The notes below the pieces were generated by a model that was not told the origin of the DNA, did no database searches, and was given only the letters and a program-made list of their open reading frames with translations. Of a stretch of 64,000 nt of DNA, positions 39,490 to 48,406 are shown in pieces. Source of the DNA: Paraspadella gotoi (lineage: Eukaryota; Animalia; Chaetognatha). The stretch covers positions 22,603,575-22,667,574 of the forward strand of contig CM119266.1 of assembly GCA_051294375.1 (NCBI GenBank). Reading direction: 5' to 3'. The translations under genes were made by a program, and so were the position numbers. Position 1 is the stretch's first letter. The number at the start of each line of letters is the position of its first letter.

Positions 39490-42082
39490 ACTTTTCCTCA
39501 CCCCAGAGAAGGAGGTGATAAACTTTCCTCGCGTCGTTGTTTGTGAAGGGCCTGTATCCCTTCTCGAAAGATCGACGGATCTCGAAAATGGCGATGGAAT
39601 CTCCTTCGCAGTCTTCCATCACCTGACAGATGACGGACAGCCGCTTCTTGGGCGAGTCTGGAAATTCGGCGCAGGTGCAACGCACCTGTCCAAAAAGGGG
39701 GGGGTGAATAATCTTTTAACTTAAATAATAAATAATAAATAATGAGGAGTACAAGTCTCACCCAGGAGGATTTTCCCTTTTGAGGACAATCCGAGCCTCC
39801 GCAGCTGAAGAAATCGAAGCAAATCGATTCCTTGTTGCAGGCGACGGAGGCGGCGACGGAGGTACCCACCTTGACCTATTCGTGGAGAAGAAGTTGAGCT
39901 CAACCTGAATCAGATCTCGTCCCAAACAACGGAAATACGAGATAACGCGGCATTCTGAGAAGTTGTAATCAGTAGACGAGACTCACGTCAACTGGTCTGT
40001 AGGTCGCCGCTGGACGAGGAGTTGACTGGGAAGCTGAAGGACACTCCAGAACGGTCGGATAAATCTTTTGTTTACTGAGGAAGAGATGATTTTTTTAATT
40101 CTAGCCGGATCTGATTACAGCAGATTCCGGCTCTGTATTTCACTTTGTCGGTCTGTCGGTCCGCTCCCCCAATCTTGTCGGGCATTCACTTATATCATGT
40201 CAGAACATCGAATTATGATAAATTATGCAAAACAAAATGATGTCCCTCCGTTATTATATATATCGTGATGTGAAGAGACAGTAATTATTGATAAGTGTTA
40301 ATGACAGAACCGTTCAATATAAGCAGTCCCTGTTACAGGCGGGTAACCCCGGTCCTTTAGGTTGGGAGGCGAATGACTTGCCTCCGGCACCAATGGCCGC
40401 TGATGAACGGTTGGTGGATTTTAGTCCACCATAGATGTATATCATTTTAGAGCCACACGACAGGACAAAGAACCGCCTGTTATTTGCTAGTTTCAGAAAC
40501 TTAGGATCGGACTCTCGTCCGCCACTACAGGTGGGGTAGACGTCCCGTCCCCCTTACTAGCATTGACACCAATGGGGAGCGAATCCAAGACGGCTTGGTG
40601 GGAAGAGAGCAATTTTGCTCTTTCGCCACAGGAACTACGCTGATGGACGCAGGCAGGTGGCGATAATGATTTTGTTGCCACGTCGTCATATATCGAGATT
40701 ACAAATTCCGAAAAAATTATGGTCTTGGAGTCTATTCACTCGGAGTTGAGGGGTTACTTGGTGATTTCGTGAAATTCCCTCACTTATTCGAAAAAAGATA
40801 CGGGATGAGGTCAACTTATCGAATCGCTTATCCGTTTCAACTTACTCATCTGTGTAGAGATACAGAATGACCTCGTCGCAAAGAAGCACACGCGACAGCA
40901 AACTCTGAATCTGTTGCAAGAGTCCGAACTCGTGGTAAGGAGTGCAGCACTTGTGAGCCAACTGGAAGAGCGGTAAAAATATATTATTAGGACGCGATTA
41001 AATTGATTTACATGTTGATTATAATTTGTGATTTATGGCTTTTTCCATTTCAGTGACTTAACCTCCCAGATCAGTTCCTTGCGAGCTTCGGCTTTTGCCT
41101 CCATGTCAGTTATCTCTTGCTCTCTGGGAACTTCCGACGCCCTAATCAGAATTTTCGATCCGAATAAAAATGCGAAATACATTGTAATAATAATAATAAA
41201 TAGCCTTACTTGTTGCTGTAAATCGAGAGATTGTTAATGTAGTCCTCGCCAAAAGTCACTTCTCGATCATTGAACTATAAAAGTTTTAAAGATTATATAA
41301 GCAACTTACTATTTTCCAATCTGACTTTCGCAAAACAAAAAGGGAGATGGAGTGCAAAGGCACGCTCAAGCACGCAAGCGGCCCGGGAATTTAAAGACTC
41401 GCCTCGAGCGCGAATTCTGGGAAATCCCTAAAAAAGGTCTTGGTGACTTCTTGGCCAAATCGTGGATGAGCGTGGAACAAATCGACCAACTTTCCCTCTG
41501 AGATGGCGCGGAAAAAAAACCTCGTATCCTATTAGTTTTCATATTCTTTCTCCATCCTCACCCTCAATAAACTTGTCCATGTCCTCTATTGTTACACCGT
41601 ACTTCCCCAGCAGCTTCGACACCTCCGCCTCCGTCATACGGCTGCGGCGTTTCCCGCTTGATCCATCGCGAGACTTGGAGGAGGAGCGTTTAAAATCGTC
41701 TTCGCTTGCCTCATTTGTGGACGAGCTCTCAGACTGAGACGATGAGTGAGAGATGGAAATAGAGAAAGTAAATAAGTATGAGGCGATCTTAAAAATTGCC
41801 GGATTTTTTTTTTCAATGAAGATTTTTGTGAAAATCTGATCACAAAAATCGGTCAAAAATAGATCTAAAATATAGATTTTGTTATTAAACGAGATTTATA
41901 TTATTTAATATTATAGACAGCATTCCGAAGAATTTTTTTATAGAAATGGGAGGGAATTTTGTTTTCCTGTATGGTTCTGCTAAAAAACTTAAGAATCCAA
42001 CAACATTTTTAATTTGTAATTTAATTTATGAAATTTATGGAATTTAACTACTCACGTCTTCTGAACTTGGTTTCCAGCTCAT
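6577..42082 (-). CDS. PDE10A: PDE10-like dual-GAF cyclic nucleotide phosphodiesterase (multi-exon)
   Basis: Phase-consistent exons, 5'->3': 42082-42056, 41733-41562, 41497-41403 (GC donor), 41274-41210, 41141-41063, 40961-40846, 40074-39987, 39875-39762, 39685-39502, 39365-39202, 38969-38832, 26647-26577, 26505-26464, 24429-24347, 23921-23837, 19117-19053, 18925(or 18928)-18908, 18431-18214, 15307-15089, 15020-14816, 8602-8483, 7448-7357, 7292-7128, 6989-6858, 6726-6577. GAF motifs GTSVAASVA, GISGRAAFTGKTYNV, RSLLSVPV and YCGLALHN. Catalytic motifs PYHNFHHA, CHDIDHRG, MEFHH, CTDL, TSTDL, EFWEQGD, PIMDR and the invariant Q. First and last exons, and possible extra exons at 34200-35050, are less certain. 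The PDE10 assignment is from recalled similarity only. Confidence 0.9.
7481..8215 (-). mobile_element. 5'-truncated Penelope-like retroelement (GIY-YIG endonuclease remnant) with inverted pseudo-LTR
   Basis: Minus strand 8040-7630 reads GIYKYNCPCSDKAVYIGQTSRSFQTR*KEH...REALEIRRH...GLNED, with a stop and a frameshift. 7481-7603 is repeated inverted at 8054-8175, as is typical of PLE insertions. Confidence 0.9.
8170..8213 (+). ncRNA. Minimal type I hammerhead ribozyme in the Penelope pLTR
   Basis: ttcca-CTGAAGA-t-gacata(gaaact)tatgtc-GAAA-TATA-tggaa. Stem I ttcca/tggaa, 6-bp stem II, palindromic mini stem III. Confidence 0.75.
9375..9998. repeat. ~620-bp imperfect palindrome, probably inverted Penelope-type pLTRs
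   Basis: 9375-9650 is the reverse complement of 9680-9998, centred at ~9665. The right arm carries a hammerhead core. Confidence 0.75.
9906..9949 (+). ncRNA. Minimal hammerhead ribozyme motif (degenerate stem I)
   Basis: CTGATGA-ag-gct(ggaattata)agc-GAAA-CATG-TC, with palindromic ACATGT stem III and a GUC cleavage triplet. Stem I is weak. Confidence 0.55.
10620..12150 (+). mobile_element. HINE/DINE-1-like (Helentron-associated) non-autonomous element
   Basis: Starts after a T run with subTIR gccggatctg plus a 5' hairpin, followed by a (GGTCC/GTC) microsatellite. Ends cagatctggc-attttttg at ~12130-12147. A 5' fragment recurs at 40100-40250 and a 3' end at 35488-35520(-). Confidence 0.55.
13040..14180 (+). 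repeat. Dispersed repeat containing a ~22-bp minisatellite (tgatgcgatgataaccaaatat variants)
   Basis: Inverted related copies at 38040-38581 and 48290-48640. Interrupted here by the SINE-like copy at 13362-13593. Confidence 0.75.
13362..13593 (+). mobile_element. Twister-carrying SINE-like element, subfamily A (ribozyme 13469-13542)
   Basis: Near-identical to 6228-6459. Flanked by an atgcgatg duplication, which is weak evidence because it lies within a minisatellite. L4 AAGC is changed to AATC. Confidence 0.85.
16342..17488 (+). repeat. Interstitial TTAGGG-rich element with a ~120-bp higher-order unit and short terminal inverted repeats
   Basis: Ends gttctagtt...ggcgatttcgcc and ggcgaagtcg...aactagaac. 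(TTAGGG)n at 16380-16500, then about 5 units of ggttagggttgaggcacggagatgtacgggaggcc... Confidence 0.8.
18623..18902. mobile_element. MITE (tagagctc... TIR family) with an internal SINE-A fragment
   Basis: Arms 18623-18720 and 18810-18902 are inverted. Same family as the arms at 30980-31145 and 32940-33100. Confidence 0.75.
19765..20361 (-). mobile_element. Internally deleted Tc1/mariner element
   Basis: Perfect 25-bp TIR acatctgacacataattattgagac with TA on both sides. Retains an HTH/GRPR N-terminal fragment (IYRVIQRVKSGDTLKHKKCAGRPRKLT). Confidence 0.9.
22811..23104 (-). mobile_element. Twister-carrying SINE-like element, subfamily B, bounded by a perfect 38-bp inverted repeat
   Basis: Minus strand reads hairpin, tRNA-like head (tggcgccggagg ... 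gggttcgcgccc), then twister. 22811-22848 is the exact reverse complement of 23067-23104. Confidence 0.8.
22859..22941 (-). ncRNA. Type P5 twister ribozyme; predicted cleavage between 22913 and 22912
   Basis: P5 cacacaag/cttgtgtg; GA-CGG/T-CCG; P1 ggcgtc; TAA-CCC-AC-C with L4 AAGT (compensatory T2); P3 tgtagt/actaca; P4 cccga/tcggg. Confidence 0.85.
23397..23698. mobile_element. ~300-bp TA-flanked, hairpin-rich MITE-like repeat (copies at 25450-25745 and 31310-31616)
   Basis: Imperfect TIR (t/g)ggta(g/a)cagtc...ggctgtt(g/a)cca with TA on both sides in three copies. Partial tandem copy at 25337-25420. Confidence 0.7.
24525..25958. mobile_element. Non-autonomous hAT-like element
   Basis: TIR caggggtggc / gccgcccctg. 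8-bp flanks tgtgtggc / cgtgttgc (2 mismatches). Confidence 0.55.
26675..27370. mobile_element. MITE with ~35-bp TIRs
   Basis: gagtatctcaagcgtactgtcactttacaaatgaa ... ttcatttgtaaagtgacagtacgcttgagacactc. Second copy at 3336-3967. Confidence 0.8.
29815..30907 (-). mobile_element. Tc1-family transposon, internally deleted pseudogene
   Basis: TIR cagatctgctcaaaaaaaagttta at both ends with TA flanks. N-terminal HTH (AIIQLWKAGLSKCRIAKQL) and C-terminal DGAPGH..WPRNSPD..NVWG motifs, with stops. Confidence 0.9.
30980..33100. mobile_element. MITE arms (30980-31145 and 32940-33100) enclosing nested insertions
   Basis: The arms are inverted copies of each other and of the 18623-18902 family. Confidence 0.75.
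31616..32906. mobile_element. Foldback element with ~350-bp inverted arms and a degenerate TTAGGG-rich core
   Basis: 31616-31970 is approximately the reverse complement of 32575-32906. ggttagggtt motifs inside. Confidence 0.75.
33165..33380 (+). mobile_element. Degenerate SINE-like subfamily A copy (ribozyme 5' half deleted)
   Basis: Aligns by eye to 6228-6459 but lacks ttaagagggacgg. Confidence 0.75.
33717..33758 (+). pseudogene. 3' half of tRNA-Leu with encoded CCA (retrocopy)
   Basis: gtctttcggaggcgtgggttcgaatccgacaactgcca-cca resembles the variable arm, T arm and acceptor end of eukaryotic tRNA-Leu. 5' half absent. Confidence 0.65.
34399..34662 (+). mobile_element. Twister-carrying SINE-like element, subfamily C
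   Basis: Hairpin ggtggtcctatcacc; A box tggctcagtgg; B box ggttcgagccc; twister; tail ending ctcttca as in subfamily A. Confidence 0.75.
34511..34591 (+). ncRNA. Type P5 twister ribozyme; predicted cleavage U34537/A34538
   Basis: P5 tcatgtag/ctacatga; GA-TGG pairs with T-CCA-AAGC (compensatory T1); P1 accggg; TAA-CCC-GC-C; P3 gtaggc/gcctac; P4 ccaga/tctgg. Confidence 0.85.
36377..37456. mobile_element. AT-rich TIR element inserted in a HINE-like 5' end
   Basis: agtagggaagtctgg ... ccagactaccctact. The flanks rejoin to gacgcgactctataag-acgctttttggtctgtctg. Confidence 0.5.
40272..40432 (-). mobile_element. SINE-like subfamily A copy with the ribozyme core deleted
   Basis: Reverse complement matches 6228-6459 with two internal deletions. 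Confidence 0.8.
40460..40681 (-). mobile_element. Degenerate twister-carrying SINE-like element, subfamily D (ribozyme 40485-40562)
   Basis: Hairpin gtggcaacaa..tatcgccac and a decayed tRNA head. P5 tgctagt/actagca, GA-CGG, P1 gacgtc, AC/AAGT. P3, P4 and TAA are mutated. Confidence 0.7.
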
Positions 42083-42236
42083 CGCAATGTCGACTCGGAT
42101 TTAGTCCACGAGGACAACGACAACGACAACGCCGACGACGGCGATGAGACGAACTGAAAATAAACAAGCGTTGATTTTCGCTCCACTCAATTTGTAAATA
42201 TCATTTTTAAAAATATTTTATCTTTCTTTTTTCGTT

Positions 42237-42328
<92 letters not shown>

Positions 42329-42842
42329 TTTTAATTCTTTCAGCATGCACCTTGGTTCTTGTAAATATAGCTGTACGATGAATGTGAAGAACTTTTTTAA
42401 TACAATTATCGTCTCTAAGGCAGTTTACTTCTCTAAGAAAGACTTTTATTGAATAAATCTATTGGTTTACAATTTCGTGTCAGCATTTTACTGTAGTTAA
42501 AAAAACGGAAAGAAATGTTTGGTCTTCGAAATTAAGCTTTAGTTTTCGTTATAGGGTTATTCTAACAAATTGATAACAACGAGATCTATTTAAAAGTATT
42601 CAATCAATATGCATTTTTTTTTCAAAGCGACCAGAGTTCCTTTTCTCCTCTTCCTCTTCCTTCTCAATTCCACTTCGGGCGAACATCAGCAGATGGCAGA
42701 ATTGGGTTTCCAAGTTGAAAGCCAATCGATGGAATCGTCGAACTCTGATGCAAGAACGACGACGACGCTCGGCGGATTGCGTCGGAATCGATCCGCGGAA
42801 TCGGAAACGTAAAACAAGTGGCCAACGAATCGTTTTTTTCTA

Positions 42843-42942
<100 letters not shown>

Positions 42943-44314
42943 ACCCGAGGGAAACCTCCTTTCATATCACCTCAATGCCACCCGCGGTGACGCCTGTCAA
43001 CTTATTCTCCCCGGCCTCGCTATAAGTGGCTATTTCTTTCTCCTTCTTTTTCTATTTTCTTTTCACTCTTTTCCCTTTCACTTTCTCCTTTTTCTTTTTT
43101 AATCCGCAGGAAATTTTCTCTTCTCTTCTCAGCTTCGACCCGCGGAGAAAGGCCTCGGGGCGTTGTGGAGTGATTGCGTGGTTGGAAAGTGTGAACTGTG
43201 GATGGTTCGAAGATATTTTTTAAGAATTAAATCGTTGTTCGTTTTAATTTTTTTTCCGTTGCTTTATTTGTTTAAGATTGAAATGAATAGTTTGTTTACA
43301 ACAACGACTTTTATTATGAAACGGAAATTTCGTAAAGTTTCATAATAAAATTTATTTTCTACCTCAAAGAATTTAATCGTACAGAACATGTTGAGCCAAA
43401 AGTGTGGTTGACATGTTCAGCCTAAAATGGAGCTTTGATCGAAAAGGGGAAGTAGAAGATCTCGGAAATGAGATGAGCAACAAAAAGGTCGAGGTTTCAC
43501 CATAATTTAGTAGAAATTAAAAAAAATTGAGACATTCAGCGGTGTCATAAGTTTACCCACGGTTTTCTCCTCTCCTTTTAAATATTGTAAGTAATAAGGT
43601 AATAGCGTAATTTTAAATACGCGTAGATAGACTTTAATTCGTATTATTGTATATCAAACTACTGTCTTTCGTATTGAATCCCCTTGTCGAGTTTTTTTTT
43701 GTCGTTTTGTTTTGTTTTCTTTCTTTCTTGTTTTTCAACTCAAATTTGGGTCTTTGAGGTGAAAGCCTTTGACCCGCGAGGAAGCCCGATTTCAATGTCT
43801 GAGGGATTTGAAAAAGCGGGGAGAGAGGGTGGGGTGGGGTGGGGGGGTGGAGGAATAGAGAAGGGAGGAAAGAAGGAAAGGAAGACAGGGAAGACAGTTT
43901 CCCTTGACGGAAATCGATTTTATCAAGTCTGCAATGAAGAATATTGTCAGAGGTAATTTATGAAATTTTAGAAATGAATGAAATTTTATAAACCAAAAAT
44001 GCGGTTGTAACTTTTAAATTCAACAAACACTAATACAAAAAATGCACGGAATAAAAAGGGGAAAAAAACCCCGACTAGTTTCATTTCCTACGATTTCGCC
44101 CGGCATCGGAAATTCCCACAATTTATAGGTTTATTGGAGTCTCCCGTGGAAAACCGCCGAGTGGGGAGATGAATGGTCTTTCATGCGGGGCCCCGAATGA
44201 GGATAAAACCTTTTCATCATGGGGCACCGAAAGTTTTACGCGAAAGAGAAGGAGAGAGCGGGGGATATGGGGGGAGACAGTTCTTCCGGCTCGACCGTGC
44301 TCGAATATCTCACA

Positions 44315-44406
<92 letters not shown>

Positions 44407-44986
44407 TGGAACCCAGTTATTTGACAATCAACGTTACAACGCTCGAATCGGCCTTTTGATTAATGAGCATCCATTACATCACCATACCGGAGGAAGAAAG
44501 AGAGAAGAGAGGAGAGAAGAGGAGAGAGAGAGAGAAGAGAGAGAGAGAGGAGGAGAGAGAGAGAAGAGAGAGGAGAGAGAGAGAGAGAAAACAAACTTTT
44601 ATTAAACATAATTTTAGATTTTAATTGTTTCAATTATTTTAAATAAACGTTACAGTTTACGAGAATTACAATCATTTAATTCGGAGACTACCCGAATAAG
44701 AGCATTGTTTTAATTCAAAGGGGTTTAAAAATTCAATCATTTCCCCACCAAAAATGTTTTTAAATAAAACAAAAGAATAAGTGAAGAAGAAAATAAAAGA
44801 AAGAAAAGGAGTTTTACTCTTTCATTCTTAGTGGAATTCTTTCTTCTCCTTCCCTCGGCTTTCCTTCTTCGAAGGAGAAGAAAAAAAAACTCTGGATTGG
44901 ATTTCGTGTTGAAAAAAAAAAAGTTTCTTCTCTCTCCTTTTTCTCTTTCCCTCCATTTCCAAAGCCGGTGATGTTGACCTGCGAAA

Positions 44987-45064
<78 letters not shown>

Positions 45065-45479
45065 ATCTTCTGTTTTTATCTAGGTCGAAATAAGAAATTT
45101 AAACAGGTTGAACTGAAAAACAGAATTAAACACATCATCTTTGTAGACATCTAGCTTAAAAATATACCTTTGATCGCTTCATACAGACATTCCAAACTAT
45201 CGCTCTTTCTCAAATTCGATGGTCGCGCGAACGACGCGATAACCGTTTCCTGAGCAACGCTCTTCGCGGAACGGTGGTTGCTAGGTGGACGCTGGTTGCT
45301 AAGGCGAGAGACGCGAGAGGCGCCAAAGTCCGGGGGGAGAAGGGAAAGGAGATTGGCGTGACCTTGATTATTTTCGGCGAAAGGAAGCTCAGGTTCAAAG
45401 GTCGTTGGACTGAGGAAGAAACGTCTTAGATTTAAAATTTCGCCTTTTCTCTCGATCTCTCTCTCTTTCTTTCTTTCTC

Positions 45480-45570
<91 letters not shown>

Positions 45571-45876
45571 CTCTATTTTTTCTCTCTCTCAGACTCTCCT
45601 CTCCCTTTGGTCGTTTCTCTCTCCATCTCTTCAAAAAGAACCGATTCAACTTTGAATTTGAAAGGAGCTCTTTTCTTTACAATGAACTGCGCCCTTCTCT
45701 ACATTGAGCCCCTTCTTTTACCCCTATGTCTCCAACTCAAATATAAGAGAAAGAAAAAAGCCAGAAAGAAAAAAAGAAATAAGGAGAGAAAAAATAATGA
45801 AAGAATAAGTATAATATAAAAGAAAAAATATATAAAATAAAAGAGAAAGAAAAAAATATGGCAAGAGAAATAGAAA

Positions 45877-45964
<88 letters not shown>

Positions 45965-48361
45965 AATAGAGAACGAGAAAGAAAAAGAAAGAAAAAAAAT
46001 AAAGAAAGCGAGAAAGAAAGTCAGCAAGTACATGAACTAGATAGAAAAGAAAGAAAAAGAAAAAAGTACCGCCTCCTCCAAAAAAAAAAAGAAAGTAAAA
46101 CAAAATAAAGGAAGAAAACAAAGGAAAGAAAGAAAGGAAAAGAAATCGGCGACGCGAACGCGAATCCTTTTGAGGTGGCGATGGAGATGGGACGAAGATG
46201 GCGCCGGAGTTCGAGTCAAAGTCGAGGAATCGGATGGCGCCATGATGGGAGGGTGCTGGAGAAGATGAGGCCGGCGTGATGGAGTGTTGGAGAGAAAAAC
46301 GAGTGAGAAATAGTGATGGGTTATGACGAGTGAATCGCTCATTGGGTCTCAATATATATTGAGAGTGTAGGCAATGTTCAAATTTTTTATTAATTTGTAC
46401 CTAGTTTCTTGATGATCATGAATTTTTACGTGAATAATAATGAAAGCGAATGGGACGGCGGTTCGTAAGAACAATATTTTTTTGGCAGAGGGAGAGGAGT
46501 AAAAGAGAGGGGAGCGTCGGATCGACCGACAGCGGCGGCGGCNNNNNNNNNNNNNNNNNNNNNNNNNATGCAATCGCGAAATTAAAGCCAGACTTTTAAG
46601 GAGTCGGCGTCGCCAGAACCCAAAACCCAGAGGTACGGTTTGTTTTAAGGGTTCTGTGTCATTAGATTCGGGATCCCTTTTTTTATTAGAAGGATAGAGA
46701 CATATATTTCCTTCGTCTCTTGATATGATACTCGATCCACTCTTGCCCAGACAATTTTTCCATAATATTTTTTATCACTTATCTTCGGCTGATGAATTGA
46801 CGAAAAGGTTTTTTTTTTGCCTTAAAAAAAATTCCACGAGGGAACAGCGTTGACCTTGAGAAATTCCATAACTTGCTCAATACGGTTCTTATTCATTCCA
46901 TTCTCTACAAAATGTTATGGATGCGATTTTTAAAAAATTCCACATTTCTAGCTTACAAAAAATAATATTAATTTTAAAGTTACAAAAAAATGGTGCCCTA
47001 TTTTTTGAAGCAAATAAAAATATAAGTCATTTAAACTTATTGCAAAAAATCCATTCCATGATGATTGTAGAGAAAACCATAAATTTTCCAAACAGTGCTA
47101 ATCAGTATATGTTTTATTATTCGATAGTTATTGAGTTGATCGATTTTTATGTAAAAAAAAGTTAGCAAGATTTTTCTTACAAAAGTTTTTTTCTCTGCTG
47201 TTCCTTGTGTTTGTTGATTTTTCAATTTTTTTTCCGGACTTGCAAAGTGACCTGAGAAGACATTAGAGTTCATCGTGCATGACGCGAATAATAAGCGAAT
47301 CAACAACGAATTCTTTTGAAAAAAAAGCTTGATAGAAAATCGTCTCTTACCTGATTGTTTTCTTTTTTTTAAAGCAAACATTGTTTATCATTTTTTTTCC
47401 TCGTACACTGAATTTAAAACATTTTTATTAATATCTTCTGACTGCAAAGCAGAAAGTTCCATCAGGGCTGGTGAGTAAAACGAAACTATGTTCATAGGTA
47501 TAATTCATTAAGAATAAGGATTCTCAAAAACATTTCCTTTCTTTTGCCTTATGCTAGATTATACACTACTACTACTTTGTTCAAGTTCTCTGGGCTTCGC
47601 CTTTGTGGCTGAGACTTTGTCGTCTTCAACACTTGAGCGTCATTTAGGACCGGTTTGCCAATTCTTCCTCTGGCGCTATTCGCACAAAAATACCATATGC
47701 TTTATTTGGCGTAGATAGCCCGGAAAAGTTAGCAAGTTCAATGAAACCACTCAAGCTGGAATACTGCCATAATTGTTTTTGCACTAAGATTTATCGTTGT
47801 TTATTACAGTAGTCTCTAGTAGAAATTAATACTTCATTTTTCTTGCTAGGTTCAAAGAGACCCTTTTTTATTTCTATACAAACAAAATTTATTAGTAAAT
47901 AATTGTATTGTATGTATTTAACAGTCTGCTCTCTCTCACTGTCTGGTCTGTCTTATCTGGTCTGTGTTCTCTCTCTCTCTCATCTCTCTCTCCTGTTTTT
48001 TATCTGAGCCAGCGGGCAAGCCGTCCTGGTCTAGATTTTGATTTCGGTTTTAGCTTTCTCTGATGACCGCTTTTTTGCAAATCAGGCTCTGAAAGTTGAT
48101 GATATCATAGGGAGTTGAAATTTGATATTGTTCGCTTCTAATTCATCCAAGATCTTTAAAATTCTCATTGTTTCATATCAATATTCGTATATGTTTAGTG
48201 TTTTATTTACAAAACGAAAACGTTTTAATTATATGTCGCTCTCTCTCTCTCTTTTCTTTTTAAATACATGGTCGCTCTCCTCTCTCTCTTTTCTCCGTCA
48301 CTGCTTCTTCATGATTTGTCTAAAAACGAGTTTCGGCTTCTGCAGCGTCTAGTTCAGTCTT

Positions 48362-48406
<45 letters not shown>

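Noticed and set aside
40399-40432. CTGATGA plus hairpin on the antisense strand of SINE A as a hammerhead
   Set aside because: No GAAA core or stem III follows.
45392-45404. DR1-like nuclear receptor site ggttcaaaggtcg
   Set aside because: A single short motif with no conservation or binding evidence.
46789-46808. ctgatgaattgacgaaa hammerhead-like string
   Set aside because: No stem II or stem I pairing.
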